Assembly (NCBI GenBank): GCA_951406725.2
Contig: OX597837.1
Location: forward strand, 44,826,001-44,890,000
From: Octopus vulgaris
Taxonomy: Eukaryota
Reading direction: 5' to 3'
Length of the DNA stretch: 64,000 bases
The notes beneath the pieces were generated by a model. That model saw only the letters and a program-made list of their open reading frames with translations. It did no database searches and had not been told where the DNA came from. The position numbers and the translations under genes were made by a program. Below are positions 13,283-26,536 of this stretch, piece after piece (position 1 is the stretch's first letter; each line of letters starts with the position of its first letter).

Positions 13283-13348
13283 GTATGCATAATGTATAGT
13301 ATAGTAGTTTTGTACAAACATATAAATACATGCATGTGTGTGTGTATG

Positions 13349-13394
<46 letters not shown>

Positions 13395-13596
13395 TAAATA
13401 TATATATACACAAACATATATACACAATATACATAATATACATGATATACATATAGTGTAACTGCCTCAAATGATCGTGACTTCTTGGACTTGACTGATG
13501 AATAAAAGCCATCTTTTTTTTGCCTGTCTTTCTAATTCATGTTTCTCTTGTACGCTTTGTATCGTCCATATGTCCGCTTTTATTCCATATATATAC

Positions 13597-13661
<65 letters not shown>

Positions 13662-13709
13662 ATATTTCGGAATGGTCATATTGCCAGTTTAGCCAACAAA
13701 TATTTAAAC

Positions 13710-13756
<47 letters not shown>

Positions 13757-13784
13757 CATAAAATAGATACACATAATATACATA

Positions 13785-13845
<61 letters not shown>

Positions 13846-13975
13846 CATACACATACTATAATATACATGATATACGTATGCATATATATGTATATATATA
13901 CATATATACATACATATATACGCATACGCGCGCACACACATATATATTTATAAATTCTGTATTTATATATATCTC

Positions 13976-14024
<49 letters not shown>

Positions 14025-14594
14025 CAAGTATTACCTATATTATAAATTTATAGATACGTAAGCATGTACCAAGAGAGAAAGTGAAAGTGAGAGAGAGAAG
14101 GAGGGAGGGAGGGATGGAGAGAGAGAAAGAGACAGACAGTCGGACAGATAAAATGAGATGTGACAAAGAGTGGAGAAACTTTATTCAAAGAAAATTCGAC
14201 ATCAATAACAAGCAAACAAGCAAACAGCATCAGATCTGGGAACAATGACAGATCGGAACTGTACCAAAATTACACTAATTTAATAATTGAAACAACGCCT
14301 TCTCGAAGCTGAACAAATAATAATGAAAACATCAGCATGAGGTTATTATTTGTGAGATGCCTTATTGTTAAATATCCTTCAAATACTGATGTATAATAGG
14401 AAAAAAATGTTAGACCGTTGATGAAATTGGTTACAAAATAATTAGTTGGACTGAGATTCGTGTTTTCTGAAGAAGAAGAAGAAAAAAAGAAGGAAATTGT
14501 AGAAAGTTTTTTTTTTAAATATACTCGTTCATATATCATATCACACGAAGCACGTTTTCTGCCACGGAAATATGTTCACAACAAATAAACGTAT

Positions 14595-15200
14595 ATTAGC
14601 GGAGAGATAGAGAGAAACAGAGAGAGAGGTATTTCGTCTGCCGTTACGTTCTGAGTTCAAATTCTGCCGAGGTCGACTTTGCCTTTCATACTTTCGGGGT
14701 CGATAAATTAAGTACCAGATACGCACTGGGGTCGAGTGTAATCGACCTAATCCCTTTGTCTGTCCTTGTTTGTCCCCTCTGTGTTTAGCCCCTTGTGGGT
14801 AGTAAAGAAATATATATTGGCGGAGAGATTGAGAGAAACAAAGAGAGAGGGGTATTTCGTCTGCCGTTACGTTCTGAGTTCAAATTCTGCCGAGGTCGAC
14901 TTTGCCTTTCATACTTTCGGGGTCGATAAATTAAGTACCAGATACGCACTGGGTCGATGTAATCGATTTAATCCCTTTGTCGGTCCTTGTTTGTCCCCTC
15001 TGTGTTTAGCCCCTTGTGGGTAGTAAAGAAATATATATTGGCGGAGAGATTGAGAGAAACAGAGAGAGAGAGAGGTATTTTGTCTGCCGTTACGTTCTGA
15101 GTTCAAATTCCGCCGAGGTCGACTTTGCCTTTCATCCTCTTGGGGGGGGGGCGGTAAAATAAGCAGCAGTGAAACACTGGGGTAGATGTAATCGATTAGT
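14595..15200 (+). mobile_element. Family-B SINE tandem array (three units with a GA-rich spacer)
   Basis: Repeating atatattggcggagagattgagagaaac...ggtatttcgtctgccgttacgttctgag...gtagtaaagaa; the third unit diverges after ~15140. Confidence 0.9.
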
Positions 15201-15827
15201 CCATCCCATCCTACCCCACCTCACCAAATTTAACGTGGTCACAATTTTGTAATTTGCTTAATTGCTTTTTAATTGATTTTAAAATTTTATTTCTAATTTA
15301 TTTTCAAAATGTCTCTGGTTTTGATTGAATCTTTAAATTCTTTTTTCCTCTTAGTTTTTCTTACTCATATTACAATCATTATAATTTTTGAATATTTATT
15401 CTTTTACTAGACATAATTCTTTCGCCAAATAATAATAGATTGGTTATTTTCTTTTAGAGCAGTCATTAACTCAACCTGACTTCTACTACTCATAGATTAT
15501 AATTAGAATTAATACTAAGCAAATGGCATTTCCACCCTCCTGAATACCTCCTCTGTGTATTTTAATTAGTCTGCGATAGCTTTAAAGGAGGAAGAATTTT
15601 GCCATAAACATTCTTCAAGTTGACGAGTAGAATGAGTGGGATTGCAAAAAATAAATATCCCATTATAAGTCTATTATAAACTGATAAATACAAACCTGGA
15701 GTAGGTCTGCTGAAAAAAACACCCTAACCCTTTCAATGGTCAATTACTGTTATTCTTACAACCTTTCCCCCTTAAAATGTCTTCTATTCCAAGCAATGCG
15801 GTATAGCTTGATTACGGGTAGGATTGT

Positions 15828-16160
15828 GTTAAGTTAAGTTAATTTTTTGGCTCAAAAAGCAAAAAGCAAGGCCATGTAGGGGGACATGGAGTTATGTACA
15901 GGGAGGGTGTTCATGCAAAGAGTTCAGGCCATTTCTGGTCAAGAGAGACTTTGAACCGAGCGGTCGTCGGCATCTTCACTGTCTCGTCCGGCAGCTTATT
16001 CCACGGATCCGCAACCCGGACGGAGAAAGCCCCTCTCCTTCGATTGAGATGAAATCGTCGCAGATAGAACTTTTCGGAGTGACCCCGCAGCCGACGCTCC
16101 GGAGCAGGATTGAAGAACAGCCCTTTCGAGAGGTTACACTTTCCGCTTATGATGTTGTGT
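15828..16160 (-). mobile_element. 5'-truncated CR1 LINE 3' end
   Basis: Open frame 16159-15911: HNIISGKCNLSKGLFFNPAPERRLRGHSEKFYLRRFHLNRRRGAFSVRVADPWNKLP...FKVSLDQKWPELFA* (CR1 ORF2 RGH...FSxRV...WNxLP). Short UTR, (TTAAC)n tail, and ttgtgttaa at both 15824-32 and 16155-63 as a possible TSD. Confidence 0.9.
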
Positions 16161-17018
16161 TAAATTTCTCTACCTCAGTAGAATCTTATTTGATCAGATA
16201 CGCAATTGATTATCGTTGAGGAATTTTGGAATACGTCAGTCTATCCGAAACGTTCGTAAGCCGATTAAACAGTTCGCAATTCTACATTCTTTGTTTGTTT
16301 TTTCCGATATACTAAATTTATTTGGTGTTTCAGCATCGGATTTACAAATCGGACAGGCAGCGGAAAGTAATTTTACGGTCTGTGTAGATCACAGTGGCTT
16401 TCGCTGCAAAAGCTGCTATTTAGTTTGGTAAGTTTCTTCCTTACAGAGCGCTTCTAATTTAATCCATCTTTTCCTTTGTTTTATATATACACATATATAA
16501 GTGTGTGTGTGTGTGTTTGTAAGTGAGAGAGAGAGAGAGAGAAAGAGAGAGATAGAGGAAGAGAGAAAGAGAGAGGGTTTGAGAGAAGGTATGGTTGTAT
16601 GTGTGATTGTATGATGTATGGTTTTATATATGTGTTGCTTTTTGTATGATGCATGGTATATACGGAGAGAAAGACGAAGCGTGTGAGAGAGAGACAGACA
16701 ACAGGCAGACAGACGGGAGTGGGGAAAGCGGAAGAGGGAGTTAAAGAATTGAATGAGACAAACACAGAGACATTACTCTCTCCGCCCCGCCCCACAAAAA
16801 CACTTGTACATGCACAGAGAAACACACAAACACACAAACAAACACACTCTCTCTCTCTTTCTCTCTGTCACGCACTCAGATACACACACACACACACACA
16901 CAGATGTAGCCGCACAAACATATCTGGGTATTAGCCTTACATACTTCTCGAATGAGAATAAACATATACATACACTCATATATTGACACATATACACAAG
17001 CACACACACACACACACG

Positions 17019-17050
<32 letters not shown>

Positions 17051-17147
17051 TACACACATACACACACTTACACACACACACACACACACACGCACACACG
17101 CACACACACATGCAACTCTCACACACACACGCACGCACACACACACG

Positions 17148-17189
<42 letters not shown>

Positions 17190-17299
17190 CACAGAAGCTA
17201 ATTTCCTCTGCAAACCGCTTTGTCAATACTTCACTCTTTCACCTGGAAAGTTCCACAACTAAAAAAGACATCCAGTGCGGAAATTACTGTTGTCTATTC

Positions 17300-18000
17300 T
17301 ATGAAGGAGTTTTTGGAAAAAGCGTTAGAGAGTAAGGAATGTAGGAGAGAGGGAGAGAGAGAGATGGAAGGAAGAAAAAAGAAAGCAAGAGATGAAGAAT
17401 GTATGGAAGAGAGGGAAAGAAAGAAAAAGATGAAGAAAGCAATGGAAGAGGGAAAGAATGATAGAGAGAGGAAAAGAAAGAAACCAAAAGATGAAGACAG
17501 CAAGAGAGAAAGAGAGAGCGAAAGAGAAAGAGAGAGAGAGAGAGAAAAGAAACCAGGAGATGGAGAATGTAAGAGCGAGAGGGAAAGATTGAAAGAAAGA
17601 AAGAACGAGAAAGATAAAGATGAAGAAAGCAAGGAAAGACACGAAGAACGATTGAGAGAGAAAAGGAAAGAAAGAAAAAGACGAAGAAAGTAAGAAAGTG
17701 AGAGAGAGAGAGGGGGAGGCAGAAATAGAAAGAATGAAAGAAAAAGGAGTGAAATAAAGAAAAAGAAGAGAAGAAGAGGAAGCGAGAAAGAAAGAAAGAA
17801 ACAAAGAAAGAAAGAAAAAGATAAAGAAGGAAGGACATGAAGAAGATACGAAAAAATGAAAACGAGATGCAGAAATAGAAATAAAAAGAAGAAAATATTT
17901 TAAAAAGAGAAAGGAAAGGAAAAGAAATAAAAATAAAAATAAAAGCAAAGAGAAGAAAAAGGAAATGAGAGCGGGGAAAAGAAAAAAGAAAAGCGAAGGT
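17300..18000. repeat. Purine-rich (GA/GAA) low-complexity tract
   Basis: ~700 bp composed predominantly of A/G on the plus strand. Confidence 0.9.
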
Positions 18001-18364
18001 TAAGTAGCACATTTTTCCTTTCATTGGTATTCATAGAAATGAATGTAGCGATATAATGGATTCTAAATGTGGTACGTGGTTCTCGAGGAACAGGATACAG
18101 TGCACACGAAAACGGAGCGAATTCATAGGAGTTGAAATTAAAAGATAGAAGTACAAAAAAGTATAAATACAAAATGGTAAAAAGAAATGTAGAGTAAAAA
18201 GCACATGCGTATTGTGTAAGGGTTGTGTGGTGAACTCCGTCCAATTCTACTGCCTGCCACCTATTTAGTTAATCAAGGCGGGTGAGTGTGATGATCACAC
18301 GTATAATTATTATTCAAGCCATGTTAGTTCGATCGAGCAAAAAGGTCAACAACCGGAACGAAAG

Positions 18365-18401
<37 letters not shown>

Positions 18402-18429
18402 AGCTATAATAGCAATAATAATAATAAGA

Positions 18430-18820
18430 GTTTCGAATTTTGACACAAGGGCAGCAATTTTGAGAGAGGGGATTAGTTGATTACATCGAGCCCAGTGTTC
18501 AACTGGTACTTAATTTATCGACCCTGAAAGAATGAAAAGGCAAAGCTCACCTCGGCATAATTTGAACTCAGAACGTAGTACCGGGCGAAATACTGCTAAG
18601 CGTTTGGCCCCGGCGTGCTAACGATTCTGCCTGCTGGCCACCTTAAAGCAATAATAATAATAATGATCCTTTCTACAATAGGCACAATGCCTGAAAATTT
18701 TGGGGTAAGGGACTAGTCGATTACATGGACCCCAGTACTTGACTGGTATTTATTTTATCGATTCCGATAGGATAAAAAGCAAAGGCGACTTTAGCAGAAT
18801 TTGAACTCAAAACATAAAGA
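18430..18820 (-). mobile_element. Two older family-B-related SINE copies
   Basis: Both contain ctggta(c/t)tta(a/t)tttatcga...gaatttgaactca; flanked by (AAT)n. Confidence 0.75.
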
Positions 18821-18829
18821 CGGAATATT

Positions 18830-19142
18830 GTTATTATTCTTCAGTAGTTTTATTCTTATCAGGTGCTTTCACTGCAATACCGAGCGCAGCTTTGTGTGTC
18901 CTGGCTATGTGCTGTGGTGCTCTGATTTTCACTGTATTGAAAGCGTTTTACGTAGGATGTGTGTAGTACCTAGCAGTACTATTTTCTGTCAGTTATAAAC
19001 AGAAAGTCCTGGTGTTTTGGTTATGCATTTGTCTGAATGTTTCTTTTTTTATCTTATCTAATGCACCTGCTATTATAGTAATTGTTTCTGTTTTTAGGCT
19101 CCACATTCGAGTTACTTCTATTTCCAGATCTTTTTATTTTGC
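18830..19142 (-). mobile_element. R4/Dong-like LINE 3' end abutting (TAA)n
   Basis: Minus strand reads KDLEIEVTRMWSLKTETITIIAGALD...QKIVLLGTTHILRKTLSIQ*, then a short UTR. It adjoins a long (ATT)n tract starting at 19145. Confidence 0.8.
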
Positions 19143-19144
19143 GA

Positions 19145-19222
<78 letters not shown>

Positions 19223-19420
19223 TGTTGTTGTTGTTATTGTTGTTATTTTTTTTTCTTCTTTCAAATTTGCTTCCATTTCTTGCCGAGTGTCTTCCCGACT
19301 CCTAGGGCAAAGAAACTCATAGAATACATTGGTAGGCCATTAAACTAAACTCAATAGTTCGTTCATTATTTTTTTTTTAAAGTTTATTGTTCATTATTTT
19401 TTTATTAAAGTTTATTATTA

Positions 19421-19479
<59 letters not shown>

Positions 19480-19619
19480 GTTATCATCATTATTATATTT
19501 GCTGCTGAATACATCGGACATGTTTTTGAACGCTCCAAGTAAGTTCAATTCAAACTATTTATTTACACCAGAATTGGTGTCCTTCGTCAATAATTATTTT
19601 ATTCCGAGTTGTGAATAGA

Positions 19620-19979
19620 AACCCCAGGAACCTATCACTGGAGTTTTATGGTTGCGTAGCACCCCCGAGGTGCGATTTTTGTTTCCACCAAATAACTTCG
19701 GTGGGCGTTGAAATTTAAAGGAATCAATACAACTCAACAAGATGGCGGAGCGCGTCTTGAAAGATTTGAGGAAAAACAAAACAAACCCTCCTACCAATAT
19801 GGCAACAGATGAAGTCTTCCCTCCCCTTTCCTCTGTCACGGGTAATAATATAGGGGAAGGGGAAGAGGAGAAGAACAAGACACTAATGGTACAACAATAG
19901 TACAACGAACAGTAACAACAATAGTAGGGGAAACATTAACAGTGGGAGAAATGGCAACAGCAACAGCTGCAGTAGTAGC

Positions 19980-20035
<56 letters not shown>

Positions 20036-20049
20036 CAGCAGCAGCAGCG

Positions 20050-20084
<35 letters not shown>

Positions 20085-20085
20085 T

Positions 20086-20126
<41 letters not shown>

Positions 20127-21540
20127 TGTAGTACTAGTAGTAGTAGTAGTAGTTGTTGTAGTAGTAGTAGTAGTGGTAGTATTAGTAGTAGTAGTAGTGG
20201 TAGTTGTAGTAGTAGTAGTAGTAGTAGTAGTAGTAATAGTGAGAGCAGCTACAACTACGAAAAAGAAAGCAACAACAGTGACAGTAGCGATGGCAACAAC
20301 AATAACAACGACGAAAGCAAAAGTGACAACAACAACAACAACAAAACAAACACCAACAACATCGATAAGAACGATAACAAAGGCAGCAGCAGCGAAAACA
20401 GTGACGACCACAAAAACAACAACGAAAACAATACAAATAAAAATACCAAAAATGGTATTGCAGCAGCAGCAGCAGCAGCCAGGACCAAACACCGATATAC
20501 CGTCGACATCACAAATAGGGAGCAGATGTTCTCAAAAGCATGGAAACTAATTAAGCAAGAGAAAAATTGGGCAAATCTGACAATCCCATGAGGGGCAATT
20601 GAAGCAGTGGAGAGAAGAATGGTGCTTTTCAGATGCATCTCAGCAGGTACGAAAAGTGTGGTTTTGATGGACCGAATAGATACTGAGGTGGCGCTGAAGT
20701 GTATAAGAAATGACATCAAATACATAGCGAGGGGCAAACAATACGACACTATTTCGATGCTGTTAAAGTCAGAAGCCCTCGCTTTGAAACAGTCAATGAC
20801 CCCCACCTCCACCCCGAAAAACCAGCAAAGTCATCATATGCCCTTCCTACATGGGGAAACGTACAGCCCGTGTCCGCATTTCTGGAATCACACCAGGACT
20901 AGATATTTGGTGGCTTCTGGGATGTGTAATCGTGGAGGGCACGTATACTGTCCCTATAGAGGCGACAACAACTGCCAGGGAGGACTGGTCCGGGGTTGAT
21001 CTGGAGATGCTTCTCTAGATCAGACCTGAAAATATAAAAAAAATCCCGAACCACATCCGTTTCCAGAACGGGACGGTGACACATATCATGACTGAGGGCA
21101 AACGGCTTCATTGTTTCATGCGTGGTGAAATGACTCATTTGAGCTCGCTGCCCCCCACGGCCTCCATCGCTTCCTACACCGGGACCAGAACCACAAATTT
21201 CACGAGCAAAACCACTCTATGGGGGAAAGAAGGAAAGCTTTCCCACCCCTCTAGCAAGTGGAAGAAAGGTTATACTTTCAATGCTACAGCATCTTCTAGA
21301 CCAAACTATGAACCGGTCAGCTCTGAGCATGTGCCACTAGATTCAAGAAAAATAATTAAGAACGGTACTTGTCTTCGTGACTATGGTGAACGTGGGTTTG
21401 TGTCATTTTCGCGAGTAGTCCTTGTAAGACTTTCTTTTCTTCCATTTTTGTATACACGATTTTATGTAAACCCACGCAGAGTCGTCCTGTATTGTCTTCG
21501 CTGTTTTAGTCAACTTTTATTTGTTTAATAAAGAAAACAC
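19620..21540 (+). mobile_element. Decayed L1/Tx1-like element with ORF1-like coding remnant and 3' UTR, no visible ORF2
   Basis: aagATGGCGG start at 19742 (MAERVLKDLRK...DEVFPPLS), T/Q-rich linker with (GTA)n expansion, globular region 20607-21130 ending EGKRLHCFMRGEMTHL (degenerate zinc knuckle), then a T-rich UTR with AATAAA near 21527. Confidence 0.55.
19970..20236. repeat. (GTA)n trinucleotide expansion
   Basis: Directly visible; gives poly-V/poly-T/poly-Y pseudo-ORFs. Confidence 0.95.
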
Positions 21541-22317
21541 TGCTGTTGTTGTCGTTGTTGTTGCTATGGCATTCCTGACATTAAACTTTTTTTCTTCAGC
21601 TCACGGAATTATTTGAATTCTAAAAGATTTTATTTGAAGGAATATTTTTTGTTTTGATTTGGAGTATTTTCAGCCAAGGAATCAAGAATTTTTAATGGCT
21701 TACACCATTACTTCAAAGTAGTCAGAAAGGTTTGTTTATTAAAAGTTAATTAAACCCAAAGATGTTCCTACATTTAAAATTTTAAATGTTCGTTCATTCT
21801 TCCTCTGAAATAGCGGTGGAAAATTTCGAGAATCATTACAATTAGTGTCCCCACGATTTTCCGTAGATATATACGAAATACGGTATCTAAAAATGACAAA
21901 ATTTCATAAAATAGATAACTTTTAAACAAGCAAAGAGAGGCACGTTCCAGAAAACACGACTATTAACAAACGTTAACCAACAACGAATGCAATACATTTT
22001 TTAATAATACTGAGAATCTCAGAATAAAGAGATATTGTGGAACACATACGCCGCGAAATCTGCATGTTTCCTTGGCGAATTTACTAATGAGAGACGAAAG
22101 GGAAGAAAAAGGAAAACGACATACATGCGTCTGTTTAAAAGTGGAACACCTGAAGATGGCTTTGGACAGTATCTATTTTAGCTTTTACTTTTTACTTGTT
22201 TTCGCTCATTAGGCTGAAACTACGTTCAGGACCCACTTTGTAGGATGAATGAATCGAAACCAATGGGATTTTTTTTTAAGGCAAGTACTTATTCTAACGG
22301 CCTTTTTTGCCGAACAC

Positions 22318-22403
<86 letters not shown>

Positions 22404-22598
22404 CATATATATATATATACGTTTAAATATATATAAACAGAAGATACAAATATTACAGGCATCCCCCCCACATACACACACTAAATAAACATAAACGCAC
22501 ATAGAGATATAAGCATGCGCAAATGAAGACATACAATAGAAATACAAAATGGCTGACGGTTAGTAAGGAGAGACACAAATAAGAAAGAAGAAAACAAA

Positions 22599-22643
22599 GG
22601 ACCACTGATGCGGTTACAGGAGTGTGACGAAAGAACTCTGGCC
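22599..22643 (+). ncRNA. Near-intact minimal type I hammerhead motif (A9>C) in a Penelope-like relic
   Basis: cca-CTGATGC-g-GTTAC-aggagt-GTGAC-GAAA-gaac-TC-tgg; followed by AATAAA and then (TA)n. Confidence 0.55.
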
Positions 22644-22684
22644 GAAATAAGATTAAGATTAATGTAAAAAATAAATAACACTGA

Positions 22685-22751
<67 letters not shown>

Positions 22752-22752
<1 letters not shown>

Positions 22753-23268
22753 TAGCAGTATCGCCCGGCGTTGCTCGGGTTTGTTAGGGAAATAACTATA
22801 TAAGCATTTTTAGAGAGTTACTTCCCTTATAGATGCCAATTCGGGCTTTCTTAGCCATTTCTGTTTTGGTGTCTTCAAGCCATGAAGTCGTTGTTCTAAA
22901 AGAACGCTGGTCTCCTTGACAACGCATTACGACGTTGATTTGCTTACACTCCCTTCCCCACAGCTTCACGAGGGAGGGAAGAAGGGGGAGAAGCAAACAC
23001 AGGTGCAGGTGTTTGAGCGTGGACGCCAACACCGCCGCCATCGACACACGAAAGATTATGCATTAAAATGGAATAAAAAATGATGTTAAATTATTTTTAA
23101 AATCGTAGACTCATCGTAGACGCGCGCTAATACTCAGACGGGCTCGATATTAATCACGACTATAAGATACCCGAATTTGGTTAAACTGCACCGCAAAATG
23201 TGGGAGTAGTTAGGAATCTAAATCGTAGGAGCCAGACACTCACACAACTACAGTTTTATATATATAGA
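22752..23268 (-). mobile_element. Non-autonomous Helitron (~517 bp)
   Basis: Minus strand starts A|TC (tctatatatataaaac) and ends with a GC hairpin (22764-22779) followed by CTAG|T. No TSD; inserted in (TA)n. Confidence 0.85.
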
Positions 23269-23974
23269 TATATATATATATACGTATGCATAGTTGTGTA
23301 AGGCAGGAAAAATGTGAGAATGTACAAAGCAAATTGCAAAGGGGAAAAAGATAATAAAGTCGCAGTTTTACCTGGTGTTTCTATATTTCGGGACGGGTAG
23401 CCCGTCTTCGAGACATTCGGAAAAGCGGTAGTTGGAAAAGGTTGTTGCTCAGATGATCTGCTGCAACATGGCCGCAGTCAAATGACTGCAACAACTAAGC
23501 GAATATTAGAATAAGCGAAAAAAATATGTATATATGAATGTATATATATACATACACACACATCATATATATATATATATATATATATATGCATATCATA
23601 TATACGTAAACATACACAGACAAACACACCAACACAAATACACAAGACAGATTGATATTTATCCACGTTAAGATAGAACAATGCGTAATCTACTTTTGCC
23701 TTTACAGAGTTTTTCAAATTTGAATAGGTTTTCCTCGTTCTTTGGATATAAATATGCAACTGATTCATATATATATACATACCTATGCACATATATATAT
23801 GTTAATGCACAATATATTCGTACATATACACACACACACTCATACACACGAACACAAGATCACACACACACACATAGACATATACAATTGTTATACTTAT
23901 GTGTATTCATACAACATACAGGCACATACATACTTATATGTGCATATGTATATATATATATATATATAAATATA

Positions 23975-24018
<44 letters not shown>

Positions 24019-24100
24019 AAAGAGAATACATTTATATATGCATATATATATACAGAGAAAGGGAGAAAGAGTACATTTATATATATGCATATATATTATA

Positions 24101-24153
<53 letters not shown>

Positions 24154-24318
24154 GCTTGTGACTTATATAATTATATATATATATAGATATATATATATAT
24201 TTATATATGCATATATATATATACATATATACAGAGAATGGGATATATATAAAGAGTACATTTATATATATATATATATATGCATATATATTATATGAAT
24301 ATACTTATATATATATAG

Positions 24319-24381
<63 letters not shown>

Positions 24382-24940
24382 TTGAAAAATGAGATAGCTG
24401 AACTCTGTGCATGCATAATAATTGAATTAAATTTATTCTGGATATCTTTATTTATATATTTTCGCATCGTTTATTTTTTCCTTTTTATTTATTTTGTTTG
24501 TTCCTTTATTCTTCTTATTCTTTTCCTTTTCTTTCCCAAATAGTTTATATCTGGAAATAAATGACAGATTCAATTGCAATTCTGAAAGTGTCGGGGAAAC
24601 TCATTGCACAGCCTCGTTGCACAGTCGAATTCTTATCAGTAGCCTGAGTATTGCTAGTGTGCTATGTTCTTTTGTTTTCGTTCTTGTTTAGTGAGTGCGA
24701 CTAGTGTTATGTATTTCCTTTTGTCTTTGACTTAGGGTTTATCTTTATTTGGTTTTTTGTTTCATTATTTTATTTTTTTACTTTTATAGAAGCTGTGAAT
24801 GAATGCACTGTTATAAGGTGTAGAGTTTATAGGATTTTATGGGGGGGAGGGGAGGTGTTAAAGACAGACTGGTGGAATGGGGTGGAGAAGGGGACGGAGG
24901 AAGGAATGGTAGACCTGGGAAACGGAGGGAGGGAGGGAAG

Positions 24941-24972
<32 letters not shown>

Positions 24973-25079
24973 TGAGAAGGCGGAAGAAGAGCAACAGGAA
25001 TAGTAATTAAAGGAATGTTTACATGGGAAGAGACAGGAGGAGAAGCGAAGGTGAAGAGGAGTAGGGAAGGAGAGGGACA

Positions 25080-25106
25080 ACAGTTGTAGCAGCAGCAGCA
25101 GCAGTC

Positions 25107-25169
<63 letters not shown>

Positions 25170-25356
25170 AGTAAAGGAGGAAGAGGTAAATGAAGAGAAG
25201 TTGGAAGAGGTGGATATAATGATGATGATGATGATGATGATAATGATGATGATGATGAAGAAGAAGAAGTAGAAGAAGAAGTAGAAGAAGAAGAAGAAGA
25301 AGAAGAAGAAGAAGAAGAAGAAGAAGAAGAAGAAGAAGAAGAAGAAGAAGAAGAAA
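25080..25356. repeat. Compound (CAG)n-(TAG)n-(GAT)n-(GAA)n microsatellite
   Basis: Directly visible. Confidence 0.95.
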
Positions 25357-26119
25357 TAGTCTCATCATTGCTTGCTTTATTACTGAATAGAATAACGATT
25401 GGCGCTATAAGATACTCGTGTCTATACAACGCAAGGATGCTTACTCAGTGTGTGACTAGAATATTTTTAGTATGTATTTGTTAATATGTCGATACACAGA
25501 AAAAATCTCAGCTTCTTTTTTATTGAACATACTAAATAGGTGTAGCCAAATGTATATTCATGTGTAGGCATTTTAACAATTGTTTAGTAAAGACATTCTA
25601 ATCACTGACAGGGTCAACATGAAGACCACAATCCATACACACCACTGGACATTGATGTCCTCGAAAATCTACATAATAGTCGTTCTTCATAGCATATGCC
25701 AGTATTGGACAGAATTTACCACACCTAACTAATAATTCTCACCTGACAGCGATTCCTTTCACTTCGCATGAGTTGTAAGGTGAACCATTCTACAGCATCC
25801 CGCTGGCCTCATTAAATATTAGCAGTTGAGCAAATATGATCGGTTAAAATCGAATAAATCGAATCTTTTCTGTGTTTTTTTAACCCCTTTAACTGTTTGT
25901 TTTACGAAGGATCGCATATGGTAGGAGAAACTATGGGGACTAAAATCGTGAAATATTTGGCTTGGAACGAATCGATATATCGATGGTGTTTTCTTTAGTT
26001 TGTTTACCCAAACGTGCTGGCGCACAAACATACATGCACATATGCATACATATGCTTAAATAAACATACATATACACCCGCACATATATATCAATACTCT
26101 CTCCTCTCTCTGTCTCTAC

Positions 26120-26159
<40 letters not shown>

Positions 26160-26175
26160 GCACATACATACATGT

Positions 26176-26499
26176 GAGGGCGCGTGGTTTAGTGTTTAGG
26201 GCATTCGGCTTATTATCGAAAGGTTGTGGGTTCGATTCCCGGCGACGCATTGTGTCCTTGAGCAAGATGCTTTATTTCACGTTGCTCCACTCCACTCAGC
26301 TGGAAAAAATGAGTAGTACTTGTATTTCAAAAAAGGGCCAACCTTGTCACACTGTGTCACGCTGAATCTCCTTGCGAACTACATTAAGGGTACGCGTGTC
26401 TGTGGAATGCTCAGCCACTAGTATGTTAATTTCTCGAGCAAGCTGTTCCGTTGATCGTATCAGCTGGGACCCTCATCGTCGTACTGGACGGAGAGCTCC

Positions 26500-26502
<3 letters not shown>
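26176..26502 (+). mobile_element. tRNA-derived SINE, family D
   Basis: gagggcgcgtggtttagtg...gggttcgattccc (A/B boxes), then ttgtgtccttgagcaag and ccactcagctgg...aatgagta body; tail shared with 10095-10150. Confidence 0.8.

Positions 26503-26536
<34 letters not shown>

Noticed and set aside
17220-18024. K/E/R-rich 157-aa ORF and 200+ aa F/S/L-rich antisense ORFs
   Set aside because: They arise from a purine-rich low-complexity tract; there is no domain or splice evidence.
19836-20492. Poly-Thr mucin-like ORF on the minus strand
   Set aside because: It is the antisense reading of the (GTA)n expansion and ACA-rich linker.
26176-26250. tRNA genes at SINE heads (also 1310-1385, 48199-48285, 49179-49250)
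   Set aside because: A/B boxes are present, but they run into SINE bodies and do not form complete cloverleafs.
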